Positions 19,026-28,130 of a stretch of DNA of 50,420 nucleotides are shown here, piece by piece. The position numbers were made by a program, and so were the translations under genes. The stretch comes from Anaerolineae bacterium. Its GTDB lineage: Bacteria; Chloroflexota; Anaerolineae; Aggregatilineales; Phototrophicaceae. Position 1 is the stretch's first letter. Each line of letters starts with the position of its first letter. A model generated the notes under the pieces. It had not been told where the DNA came from. It made no database searches and was given only the letters and a program-made list of their open reading frames with translations. Where the stretch lies: contig JAPKMU010000001.1 of assembly GCA_026645745.1 (NCBI GenBank), forward strand, positions 1 through 50,420. The letters run 5' to 3'.

Positions 19026-20105
19026 TCAGCCATTCCACAAATCCGATGTGTCTTCCAATCCGAGCAGATCGCTCATCAACAGCGCACCTTCGTTTGCTTT
19101 CGGAAGGCGGTTAATATAGCGCTCGGTCACTGCGACGTTGGAATGACGCAGCAGGCGGCTGATCTTATCAATCGGCACACCACTTTCGTTAAGCGCACCG
19201 GCAACCGAGCGGCGTAAGTCATGGGGTGCGACATGCCCGATTCCCGCCTTCTCTGCTGCCGCCCCAACAATCCGCCAGATACCATCATCGGAAAGCCCAT
19301 AGCGGCTGACATGCCCGTTTTTCCACAAGCGGCGCACCAGCGGCGATTCAGGACTGGGTGCAAGTGAATCCGCTGCGACGACGGCGCGCCACGCATGAAC
19401 CGCCTCGACAACCGGACGAGGCATATCCACATATGCCCCCTTTTTTCCTTTGCCATGCACCCGCAGCACGACACGATTATTTTGCAAACTCAGATCGCCC
19501 CACCGGGCTTGTGAGAGTTCGTCGCGCCGCAGTGCCATCGTACACAGCACCGTCATCACAACGCTGTTTCGCAGTCGCTGATTTTCCGTGACCGCCATTT
19601 GACGCGCCGCGTTCATAAGCAGGTGAAGCTGTTCGATAGATAACCAGCGCCCCGCGCGCTGTCCTTCTTCTGCTTTCGGCGGACTCACGCGGCTGAGGGC
19701 GGCGCTTTGCGTGTCATCCATCCACCCCGCCTCAGCGAGTAGATCAGCCAACGTCACAATCGCCGCCCGCGCTTGATCAAGCCCTTGCTTGCCATGTCCC
19801 TTCCGCTGAAGCATACCCAACCATGCGCGAAGCTGCGGGGCGGTCAAGATCGTGCGCAGTACCGGAACGGGCAGCAGCATCATCCGGCGATGGCGATCAA
19901 TTCCAACGGTTGGCTTCATTTTTGCTGTGGTGACGAGATACTCATCCACCCATCGGAAATAAGCGCGCTCGGTATGGCGGCTGCTTGCTTTGCCGGGGAG
20001 CGCCATCGCAAAATTAAACACAAGCGCGTTAGGGTCGAAATCGGTGATCGCGTGCGTGTCATCCACAGCGATTAGGCTGTTTGGGGATGTGCGTTTTGTT
20101 GTCAT
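19026..20105 (-). CDS. Tyrosine recombinase/integrase (XerC/XerD-like)
   Basis: Catalytic set intact: LRRDEL, HGKG, HDLRR, LLRH, TERY. Confidence 0.9.
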   Translation of the reverse strand: MTTKRTSPNSLIAVDDTHAITDFDPNALVFNFAMALPGKASSRHTERAYFRWVDEYLVTTAKMKPTVGIDRHRRMMLLPVPVLRTILTAPQLRAWLGMLQRKGHGKQGLDQARAAIVTLADLLAEAGWMDDTQSAALSRVSPPKAEEGQRAGRWLSIEQLHLLMNAARQMAVTENQRLRNSVVMTVLCTMALRRDELSQARWGDLSLQNNRVVLRVHGKGKKGAYVDMPRPVVEAVHAWRAVVAADSLAPSPESPLVRRLWKNGHVSRYGLSDDGIWRIVGAAAEKAGIGHVAPHDLRRSVAGALNESGVPIDKISRLLRHSNVAVTERYINRLPKANEGALLMSDLLGLEDTSDLWNG

Positions 20106-20165
20106 ACCGCGATTATATCGAAAAAAGTACGGGCTGATTCTGTCGAAATCAGCCCGCCAAGTTTA

Positions 20166-20897
20166 TTAAAACCCTCGCCCAAGCTGACGCGAAGCCCGCT
20201 CCGTGATCTGCCGTGTTCGTTCCGGCGCAGGTGGCTGACGTGTCAACCCATTCAAAACGAAGGTCAGCACCACCCCGGCGATGAAGCCGCCAATATGGGC
20301 GAAGAACGCCACGCCTCCGCCGTATGCTGCTGCACCCAACGATGCAAACCCGTTGACCAACTGCAAAACAAACCACAAGCCTAAGACGATGATAGCCGGA
20401 ACTTCTTGAAGCGACGACACACGCCCCAACGGAACAATCGCCAGCACCCGCGCTTGTGGGTAAAGGATCAAATAACTGCCCAACACCCCCGCGATTGCGC
20501 CCGAAGCACCAACCAGCGGGATTGTCGAATTCGGATCAATGATGATTTGCGCGAATGCCGCAACAAACCCGCTCACAAAATAGATCACCAGATACAGCGG
20601 AATGCCAAACCGATCCTCGACGTTATCCCCAAACAGGAACAAATACAGCATATTCCCCAGAATGTGATCCCACCCGCCATGAAAAAACATGCTGCGAATC
20701 ACATCCAGAACTGTTTCTAGCGAAAACGGGTTCGCACTTGCAAGCGACGGTACAACCGATAAATCTTGAAACACCCGCGTCAACTGCGATTCAGAAAACG
20801 ACAATTCCCAAAGAAACACCAACACGTTGATCCCGATCAATCCCCATGTCGCAATCGGGAGACGTCGAGTCGGGTTTATGTCTCGAACAGGGAGCAT
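20166..20897 (-). CDS. Rhomboid-family intramembrane serine protease
   Basis: MFFHGGWDHILGNM, GASGAIAG, AHIGGF. Confidence 0.94.
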   Translation of the reverse strand: MLPVRDINPTRRLPIATWGLIGINVLVFLWELSFSESQLTRVFQDLSVVPSLASANPFSLETVLDVIRSMFFHGGWDHILGNMLYLFLFGDNVEDRFGIPLYLVIYFVSGFVAAFAQIIIDPNSTIPLVGASGAIAGVLGSYLILYPQARVLAIVPLGRVSSLQEVPAIIVLGLWFVLQLVNGFASLGAAAYGGGVAFFAHIGGFIAGVVLTFVLNGLTRQPPAPERTRQITERASRQLGRGF

Positions 20898-21034
20898 GAA
20901 TGCAATCCTTTCGTGAGCCGCTCACTGAGGAGGAGTCTAGCACGAAAGCATACTGAGTGTATCCGCCACTGAGGGGAGAAATATATCCACCGGGGAGCGG
21001 GGCAGGATCACGCCCTGCCCCGTCAATTCAAGAA

Positions 21035-22180
21035 CTAGCGCTGTTCCAGCGGAACCCAAGGCAAATCCATTGCACCGGTGTAGAGCACATCCGGACGCAT
21101 CAACCGGTTCGCCGCCATCTGCTCCATGATGTGCGCCGTCCACCCTGCCATACGGCTCATCGCAAACAACGGGGTGAACATATCGACATCAAGGTTCAGC
21201 GTATACAAAACAATCGCGCTGAAGTAGTCCACGTTTGGATACAGGTTGCGTTCGATGAAATACGCGTCTGCACGCGCGAGATTTGCCAACTGATCGGCAA
21301 TATCGAACCACTTGCCGTTGCCGCTGTTACGTGCCAGCACTTCGGCGCGTTCACGCAGAACTGCCGCGCGCGGATCGAGCGCTTTATAGATGCGGTGACC
21401 GATCCCCATTATCTTACGACCGCCCTCTTTCACGTTCGTCTTGAACCATGTTTCAACATTCGACGGTTCACCGATTTCCATGAACATGCGCATCGCTTCG
21501 GTGTTCGCGCCGCCGTGCAAGAAACCTTTGAGCGACCCAATTGCACTCACAATTGCGCTGTGCATATCCGACCCTGATGAGCAGGTTGCACGCGCAACAA
21601 ACGTGCTGGCATTCATTCCGTGTTCGGTGAGCAGCACCATATAAGCGTTGACGGCGTTGACGGCGCTTTCTTCCGGTTCAGCACCCGTCAGCATAACCAT
21701 GAAGTTCTGCGCCAGTGTGTAATCGCGGCGCGGGCTAATCGGATCAAGTCCCTTACGGATGCGAGGCCATGCTGCGCATAACGTCACCGTTTGCCCTGTT
21801 AAGCGAATCGCTTTGCGGCGGTTCGCATCCGGCTGATTGCTTTCGCTGTCTGAATCATAATGTGCGAGCATGGATACCGTCGTGCGCAGCACCGCCATCG
21901 GATCAGCCGTTGGCGGAAGGGTTTTCATCAGCGCAAGGATTTCGCTCGGTACTTCTGCTGCCGCCGCGATCTGCGAGCGGAGCGCTTCGAGTTCTTCACG
22001 GTTCGGAAGCCGACCCTCCCACAGCAGAAACACCACTTCTTCATACAAAGCGTGTTCGGCAAGGTCTTCGATTTTGTAACCGCTGTAGATCAGCTTACCT
22101 TCTGTCCCGTTGACGAGGCTGAGACGGGTTTCATCGATGACGACTCCATCCAATCCCTTGTAGATTTTGACATCCGTCAT
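21035..22180 (-). CDS. Citrate synthase / 2-methylcitrate synthase
   Basis: ATG 22180 after AAGGAG; KGLDGV, EHGMNASTF, LHGGAN, GIGHRIY..DPR, NVDY. Confidence 0.93.
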   Translation of the reverse strand: MTDVKIYKGLDGVVIDETRLSLVNGTEGKLIYSGYKIEDLAEHALYEEVVFLLWEGRLPNREELEALRSQIAAAAEVPSEILALMKTLPPTADPMAVLRTTVSMLAHYDSDSESNQPDANRRKAIRLTGQTVTLCAAWPRIRKGLDPISPRRDYTLAQNFMVMLTGAEPEESAVNAVNAYMVLLTEHGMNASTFVARATCSSGSDMHSAIVSAIGSLKGFLHGGANTEAMRMFMEIGEPSNVETWFKTNVKEGGRKIMGIGHRIYKALDPRAAVLRERAEVLARNSGNGKWFDIADQLANLARADAYFIERNLYPNVDYFSAIVLYTLNLDVDMFTPLFAMSRMAGWTAHIMEQMAANRLMRPDVLYTGAMDLPWVPLEQR

Positions 22181-22539
22181 GTAGAGCGCTCCTTGCAAGC
22201 GAGAAAGTGAAAGTGTCCTAGCGCCGATTGCGGCAGGATAACCTGAGGAAGTGCATATTTATTTATGAGGTCAGAAGCCGCGATTAAAGAGTGTACCACA
22301 AAGGCATGAGAAGCGCGTGAGAGCCTTTACATCATGCACCTACAGAGGTAGTATCTCAGGAGGAGTTCAGGGAACATAGGCAGTTCGTTATTTTAATTGT
22401 GCCTCAATCTTAATCTGAATCTTCCTCAATACGTTTTTCACAAATTTCACGCAAACCTTTGTGCGAAACTTGTTCACGTTCCGTTATAGTCTATTAGTAA
22501 GCGAACCGCGCATTAATCACTCTGGAGGGGTTTGCAGCA

Positions 22540-23484
22540 ATGCCCCACTATCATGTCTTTTTGAGTTATATAAACAAAGATACCGACATCATGTGGCGCG
22601 TCTATCAAGACCTGCGTCACGAAGAACTTACCGTTTGGATCGATCAGACCAATCTTGATCCCGGTACACTAGCGTGGGATCGCGCCATTGAAGAAGCTAT
22701 CGTGAGCGCAGACTGTCTGGTTGTTCTGCTTTCACCCGCTGCCCGTAAATCCGAATGGGTGCGCGAAGAACTCCACTACGCCAAAACATTGGGCAAGCGT
22801 ATTTATCCCCTGCTGGTTGCAGGTGAAGCCCATGACGCTATTCCATTTGGATTCTCGACCGCCCAATATATGGATGTGCGCGGTGAACGCTATGCTGCCG
22901 CTGTTCCGCGCTTGATCGAGACGATTTGCAAGCAGTCCGGTTTTGAAAGCCGAACCGCGCGCGAGAAGCGTCTGCACGCTGAAGAAGAAGCCCGCAAAGA
23001 ACGTGAACGTCAGAAACACCAGATGCAAGAAATCCGCCAAAAAGTGCAGGCATTGGGTTTACAAGCGCGCATGGTCGAAGAACGCATCGGTCAAATATTA
23101 CAGGACGAATCCCAGCTCAAAGCGCAGTTAGAATGGCTGGCGCTCCAGCGCGCAAAACTTCAAGAGGATTACCGGCTCGTCACCCGTCAAGAGCAGCATG
23201 CGAAAGAATATCTGCTCAGGTTGGCGGACGCGCTCGACCTATCCGATCCCGAAGCGCTCCAGCAAACGCACGAAGCGCCCGCTGTCTCCATAATGGATGA
23301 TCAAGAATGGACGCGCGAACTGCCGCGCATTGATGCGGAAGATGAAGTATCCACCGCGTGGTCGATTCATGGGCTTGAACAAGACGAAGATGCTGACAGC
23401 GATTCGCCGCAGTTGACGGGCTACGACGGATTCCCTCAGCTTCCGCCGCCGCGTGATCGCAACCGGAACAAGCGCCGACGCTAA
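22540..23484 (+). CDS. TIR-domain protein with coiled coil and acidic tail
   Basis: HVFLSY, VWIDQ, VLLSP..KSEWVREE (catalytic-type Glu), IYPLL; then a Q/E/R-rich heptad region. Confidence 0.88.
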   Translation: MPHYHVFLSYINKDTDIMWRVYQDLRHEELTVWIDQTNLDPGTLAWDRAIEEAIVSADCLVVLLSPAARKSEWVREELHYAKTLGKRIYPLLVAGEAHDAIPFGFSTAQYMDVRGERYAAAVPRLIETICKQSGFESRTAREKRLHAEEEARKERERQKHQMQEIRQKVQALGLQARMVEERIGQILQDESQLKAQLEWLALQRAKLQEDYRLVTRQEQHAKEYLLRLADALDLSDPEALQQTHEAPAVSIMDDQEWTRELPRIDAEDEVSTAWSIHGLEQDEDADSDSPQLTGYDGFPQLPPPRDRNRNKRRR

Positions 23485-23598
23485 ACTACAAAATTCAAAT
23501 GTCGTACAGTTTTGTTATTTTGAAAGCCTCAAGGATCACGAGCTTGGTGCGCCGCGTATGATCGAGACATCGCGGTGTATTGTGATTGTGGTTATGGT

Positions 23599-24207
23599 AT
23601 GGTTACGGTCTTCTTGACCCACAGCAAAAAAGATATGCAAATCGTCCGTCAGGTCTATGTTGACTTGCGGGCAAAAGGACTTCACGTTTGGTTTGATGAA
23701 AGTGATCTTTCGCCCGGTGATTATTCATGGCGGCGGACGATTGCGGCAGCCATTCGGGAAGCCGACTGCGTCGTTGCCTTATTTTCCCCCAACGCGCTTT
23801 TATCGACTTGGGTGCAAAAAGAACTCGATTATGCGGAAGGTCACGAGAAGCGCATTATTCCTGTGATGATCGCCGGAACAGAGCGCGACTCACTCCCGTT
23901 TGGTTACATCGGCGCGCAGTTCATCGATCTGCGCACCCCTGAGCGTTATTCCTCAGGACTTCAGCAGCTTGTCAAAGCCGCTTACGGCATCACCCATTGG
24001 TATGAATCGCCGACGCTGCACAAGCCGCTCAACTTATCCCTTCCACTACCCCCGCCAAGAGAGCGCGTTGCCCCGCAGCCGCTCAGTGTAACGCGCCCCT
24101 CCAAAACCACACAGGATATGCGCCGGATCACGATCCCAACCAAGCGCTCCAAGTGGCGGCGCTGGTGGGAATGGATTCTCCGGCAGCCGGCGGATACCGC
24201 ACGTTAA
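23599..24207 (+). CDS. TIR-domain protein with Pro-rich linker and Trp-rich C-terminal helix
   Basis: VFLTHS, VWFDE, FSPNALLSTWVQKE, IIPV; C-terminus KRSKWRRWWEWILR. Start uncertain (23575 or 23599). Confidence 0.85.
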   Translation: MVTVFLTHSKKDMQIVRQVYVDLRAKGLHVWFDESDLSPGDYSWRRTIAAAIREADCVVALFSPNALLSTWVQKELDYAEGHEKRIIPVMIAGTERDSLPFGYIGAQFIDLRTPERYSSGLQQLVKAAYGITHWYESPTLHKPLNLSLPLPPPRERVAPQPLSVTRPSKTTQDMRRITIPTKRSKWRRWWEWILRQPADTAR

Positions 24208-24211
24208 AGGC

Positions 24212-25729
24212 TTATTGCCCCGCCAATTCATACACGCGGACGTAATCCACGAGCATCGTTTGGGGGAATTCGGTGGTATCGTCCGGCATACCGGGCCAGT
24301 ATCCGCCAACGGCGACATTCAGCAAAATGAAAAATTCGTGATCGAACACCCACTGGTCGCCGCGCAGGTCATTGGGTGTAGCGGTGTGATACATTTCGCC
24401 ATCCAAGTACCAGCGAATAACATCCGGGTCCCAATCGATAGCGAACACATGAAAACCGTCCGCCAGTGGGGTTTCGCTGCGTAATGAACCGCCAAAACCT
24501 TCAGCGCCGGAATAACCGGGTCCATGAATCGTGCCGTAAACCATATTCGGCTCACGCCCGATGTTCTCCATGATGTCGATTTCACCACAGGCGGGCCAGC
24601 CCACCGTGCCGAAATTCGCGCCTAGCATCCAGAAGGCGGGCCAGATTCCCTGACCGCGCGGCACCTGAATACGCGCTTCGACACGCCCATAAGTAAACTC
24701 GAACTTGTCCAGCGTGATCAATCGTGCCGATGTAAATCGACATTCGCCATAATGACAGCTGTAGTCACCCGGATTTTCTTCACGAGCAGTGATCGCCAGA
24801 CTACCCTGCCCATCCATAGAAGCGTTCTCGGTGCGGGCAGTATAGTATTCGAGTTCGTTGTTGCCCCAACCGTGCCCACCGACTTCAGCCGTCCACTTCG
24901 TCGAATCAATAGGTGAACCGGATGCCCCATCAAATTCATCTGACCATACGAGCGTCCATTCGCGTTCGTTCCACACGTTTGCAATCTCACTTTCGTCTAT
25001 CGAGCTTGATGCCTCGGCGGTTTGTCCAGTCCAAATCATTACGGAGTCACTCGCTACGTTGGAGAGCGCTACTTGATCCAGCAGCATTGTTTGTGCGCCA
25101 ACGCCCGCCGGAAAACCAAACGCATACCCGGAAACCTGATCTAAGCCCAAACCATCGTTCGGCGCGCCCCCGGGCTGCCAATCGGTGCGCCGCTCGAACA
25201 GCGCAAACGGAATTGTGAACTGCCGCCACCCTGTAAAATCATCCTGAATACGGAAGAAATACCGTTCGGCTGTATCACCGGGAACATCGGCGCTGCGGTT
25301 GTCGAATAGGTCGATCTGCACCGTTCCGCCCGTGTTCCCACCGTATATCCAAAAGCTCAGCGCGTTGTAATCCGTCCAATCCATGCTCGTCCATACGCTG
25401 CCATCCGTAAAGGCGTGCGTGAACCCACCCCATCCAGTAATATCGAATCTGATCTCAAGCACAGTATTCGGTGCGACTTCGCCAGCAGGCAGCGCTGCCG
25501 CTGATCCGGCAAGCACCTGCCGCGCCGCCAACGTCACATTCTCAAATTGGTCGCCCCAAGGAATGAAGCCGATTCCGGCGCCGTCTTCCGCTGCGCCGGT
25601 TGGCAATCCGGCTTCAAAATCGTCGAGCATCAATCCGGGCAGCACCGGATCGTCCTGTGCTCCCACGCCGATGGTGCAAACCAGCGAGAGCGCAGCAAAA
25701 GCAATCCATCTAAACTGAAAGCGCATCAT
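24212..25729 (-). CDS. Secreted GH16 beta-glucanase/laminarinase-like protein with N-terminal carbohydrate-binding (CBM11-like) domain
   Basis: Signal peptide; WSDEFDG, GWGNNELEYY, WPAFWMLG, EIDIME catalytic motif, LNVAVGG, VDYVRVY. Confidence 0.92.
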   Translation of the reverse strand: MMRFQFRWIAFAALSLVCTIGVGAQDDPVLPGLMLDDFEAGLPTGAAEDGAGIGFIPWGDQFENVTLAARQVLAGSAAALPAGEVAPNTVLEIRFDITGWGGFTHAFTDGSVWTSMDWTDYNALSFWIYGGNTGGTVQIDLFDNRSADVPGDTAERYFFRIQDDFTGWRQFTIPFALFERRTDWQPGGAPNDGLGLDQVSGYAFGFPAGVGAQTMLLDQVALSNVASDSVMIWTGQTAEASSSIDESEIANVWNEREWTLVWSDEFDGASGSPIDSTKWTAEVGGHGWGNNELEYYTARTENASMDGQGSLAITAREENPGDYSCHYGECRFTSARLITLDKFEFTYGRVEARIQVPRGQGIWPAFWMLGANFGTVGWPACGEIDIMENIGREPNMVYGTIHGPGYSGAEGFGGSLRSETPLADGFHVFAIDWDPDVIRWYLDGEMYHTATPNDLRGDQWVFDHEFFILLNVAVGGYWPGMPDDTTEFPQTMLVDYVRVYELAGQ

Positions 25730-25807
25730 TACTCCTAAAGGACTATCTCAAATGTACGCGCAAAATTTACCACCGACGCCCAAACCTGTCAGTATCCATC
25801 AGCCCTC

Positions 25808-25837
25808 TTGACACAGCCTCATTGAAGATGGTAGTCT
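25808..25837 (+). promoter_or_regulatory. Sigma70 promoter giving a leaderless transcript that starts at ATG 25844
   Basis: TTGACA (25808-25813), N18, TG-n-TAGTCT (-10 at 25832-25837), then 6 nt to the ATG. Confidence 0.75.
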
Positions 25838-25843
25838 TTTTGC

Positions 25844-25969
25844 ATGATCACTCAGCACACAATTCCTCACCTATCCATTGCATCGGCACACATCTCGATA
25901 ATGTGTTGTTGTTCGATGTGTTGTATGATGCCGGGATCATCACCCCGACGGATGGTGCTTGCGCGATAA
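25844..25969 (+). CDS. Cys/Met-rich attenuator leader peptide (MITQHTIPHLSIASAHISIMCCCSMCCMMPGSSPRRMVLAR)
   Basis: 41-aa ORF read manually; 9 of 10 consecutive codons are Cys or Met; located between the promoter and an intrinsic terminator upstream of sulfur-amino-acid genes. Confidence 0.85.
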   Translation: MITQHTIPHLSIASAHISIMCCCSMCCMMPGSSPRRMVLAR

Positions 25970-26006
25970 TTCAATCGCGCCGCAGGTTGCAGCGTGTAGA
26001 CTTTAC

Positions 26007-26043
26007 AAGCCGCCTCCATCCAAAATGGGGCGGCTTTTTTGTT
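26007..26043 (+). terminator. Attenuator (intrinsic terminator) of the met/sulfur-carrier operon
   Basis: AAGCCGCC(T)CCAT-CCAAA-ATGGGGCGGCTT then TTTTGTT. The 5' arm is complementary to leader segment GGATGG-T-GCTTG (25950-25961). Confidence 0.85.
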
Positions 26044-26101
26044 CATCCACGCAGCGCAAAGTGGTCACAGACAGTGATGGCATGAGAGGCAGCATCAGCG
26101 T

Positions 26102-26527
26102 ATGAAGGTCACACTCGGTCAGGATTTGCGGGCGCACATCTTCAGGGTACTGGAAAACACCTACCCGAACGAAGGCGGCGGTTTTCTGCTCGGCAAGCGC
26201 GACAGCGGCGGTGTCGTCATCACCGACACAATCGCCATCGACAACGTGTTTGAAGTCGAGGAGCAGTACCACCGCTACGCGATGACGCCTCAGGACTGGG
26301 CACGGTTAGAAGATGAAGCGGATTCGCGCGGGCTGACATTGCTTGGCTACTTCCACAGCCATCCCGATTCTGCTGCGATCCCATCCGAATATGACCGTGA
26401 GTACGCACTGCCGAATTTCACCTACTTGATCACACAGGTCAATCACCGGCGTGCAGTCGATTTACGCGCATGGCTGTTACGCGATGATCGGAGCGCGTTT
26501 GACGCGCTAGAACTGGTAATCACGTAG
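26102..26527 (+). CDS. JAMM/M67 (Mov34) metallopeptidase, Mec/HcyD-like
   Basis: YPNEGGGFLLG, GYFHSHPD..AIPSEYD. Confidence 0.92.
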   Translation: MKVTLGQDLRAHIFRVLENTYPNEGGGFLLGKRDSGGVVITDTIAIDNVFEVEEQYHRYAMTPQDWARLEDEADSRGLTLLGYFHSHPDSAAIPSEYDREYALPNFTYLITQVNHRRAVDLRAWLLRDDRSAFDALELVIT

Positions 26528-26583
26528 GGACACAAAAGGGAAATCGTGTAGAGACACTCCGGCAGAACGGGCGAGAGCCTTCA

Positions 26584-26641
26584 GACGCGATCATTAGCGC
26601 GTCCCCTTATCTTCCCGCCTGCCGACGCGATCATTAGCGCG
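26584..26641 (+). repeat. Two identical 18-nt direct repeats GACGCGATCATTAGCGCG, each a small hairpin
   Basis: Copies at 26584-26601 and 26624-26641 (40-nt period) in the spacer before metY. Confidence 0.8.
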
Positions 26642-26712
26642 CCAACGTCAAAGCACTTTCTATCAAATCGGGAAACGATTCAAACTCTAGGGTGAAGGCA
26701 GGAGTCCACAAA

Positions 26713-28044
26713 ATGAGCACCAACGGCACGAACAATCACAAGCTGGCATTCGAAACCCTTGCGCTTCATGCAGGGTACACGCCCGAAGCAACCACCGGGG
26801 CGCGCGCAGTTCCGCTGTACCAGACCACCTCATATCAATTCCGCGATACCGATCACGCAGCGGCACTGTTCGCTCTGCAAGAACCGGGCAACATCTACAC
26901 TCGTATTATGAACCCGACGACCGCCGTTTTTGAAGAGCGCCTCGCCGCGCTTGAAGGCGGGATCGGCGCACTGGCGACCGCCTCCGGGCAGTTTGCCGAA
27001 ACGCTCACGGTGCTGACACTGGCAAACGCGGGCGACGAAATCATCAGCACGGCGGCGTTATACGGCGGTACTTATACCCTGTTTTCACAGAGTATCCGCC
27101 GTCTGGGGATCAAGGTTCACTTTGTCGAAGGTACAAATCCTGCCGACTTCGAGCGCTTGATCAACGACAAAACCCGCTTGATCTACTTGGAAACCATCGG
27201 TAATCCTAAGCTCGAAATCCCGGACTTTGAAGGCATCACCGCTGTCGCTAAGGCGCACGGTATTCCCGTCGTCGTCGATAACACGTTCGGCACGCCGTAT
27301 CTGTTCCAGCCGTTCAAGTGGGGCGTGAACATCACCGTTCACAGCACGACCAAATGGATCGGCGGTCATGGCTTGAGCATCGGCGGCGCAATCGTCGATG
27401 GCGGCAACTTCGATTGGAAGGCGAGCGGACGTCACAGCGGCATCGTCGAACCCGAACCCGCGTATCATGGCGCAGTCTTGGCGGACGTTCTCGGCGCGGC
27501 GGCATTCATTGGGCGGGCGCGCGTCGTGGGCTTGCGTGATTTCGGCGGCAGCCAAGCACCATTCAACGCATGGTTGAACATCATCGGTTTGGAAACGCTG
27601 GCGCTGCGCGTACAGAAGCATGTCGCCAACGCAAAAGCTGTTGCGGAATACCTGCAATCACATTCCGCCGTGTCATGGGTCAACTACCCCGGCTTGCCCG
27701 ATCACCCCAGCTATGAGCGTGCTCAGAAATACCTGCCGAAGGGCGCGGGCGCGGTGCTCGGCTTCGGGATCAAGGGAGGCGCTCAGGCAGGGCGTGCGTT
27801 CATCGACAACCTCAAGGTATTCTCGCACCTCGCCAACGTGGGAGATGCGCGTTCGCTGGCAATCCACCCGAACACGACGACTCACAGCCAGTTGAGCGAA
27901 GAAGAACAGCGCGTGACAGGCGTTACGCCGGATTATGTCCGCCTCGCCATCGGTATCGAAGACATCAACGACATTCTGTGGGATCTCGATCAAGCCTTGA
28001 CCATCGCCCAAGGTGTTACCGTGCATCCGGTAGCAGGACGATAG
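26713..28044 (+). CDS. metY: O-acetylhomoserine aminocarboxypropyltransferase (sulfhydrylase)
   Basis: ATG 26713 after CAGGAG; FETLALHAG, GNIYTRIMNPT, HSTTKWIGGHG (PLP Lys), HLANVGD, TTHSQL. Confidence 0.93.
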   Translation: MSTNGTNNHKLAFETLALHAGYTPEATTGARAVPLYQTTSYQFRDTDHAAALFALQEPGNIYTRIMNPTTAVFEERLAALEGGIGALATASGQFAETLTVLTLANAGDEIISTAALYGGTYTLFSQSIRRLGIKVHFVEGTNPADFERLINDKTRLIYLETIGNPKLEIPDFEGITAVAKAHGIPVVVDNTFGTPYLFQPFKWGVNITVHSTTKWIGGHGLSIGGAIVDGGNFDWKASGRHSGIVEPEPAYHGAVLADVLGAAAFIGRARVVGLRDFGGSQAPFNAWLNIIGLETLALRVQKHVANAKAVAEYLQSHSAVSWVNYPGLPDHPSYERAQKYLPKGAGAVLGFGIKGGAQAGRAFIDNLKVFSHLANVGDARSLAIHPNTTTHSQLSEEEQRVTGVTPDYVRLAIGIEDINDILWDLDQALTIAQGVTVHPVAGR

Positions 28045-28130
28045 CCAACCGCTTTTGCCCTCGCCCCGCACGCGGGTTCGTGTGCGGGGTCTAGGAACGC
28101 CGCTAGAGGGCTGAAAGACAAAAGAGGTCA

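Noticed and set aside
19026-20105. Prophage or integrative element
   Set aside because: No phage, conjugation or att features seen; ssrA is intact and not adjacent to the recombinase.
22430-22480. Rex-like operator between the citrate synthase and TIR genes
   Set aside because: The half-sites do not have the TTGTGAA-N4-TTCACAA spacing.
25822-26085. 87-aa ORF in the met operon leader
   Set aside because: Starts inside the promoter spacer and runs through the terminator; the alternative-frame Cys/Met peptide explains the region.
26584-26641. CRISPR mini-array
   Set aside because: Only two 18-nt repeats with a 22-nt spacer and no cas genes.
25730-26712. SAM-I riboswitch or T-box upstream of the met genes
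   Set aside because: No recognisable SAM-I core (ATC..GAG..GGA..GCAAC..GTGC) or T-box GGTGGTACCGCG motif seen; an Rfam scan would confirm.
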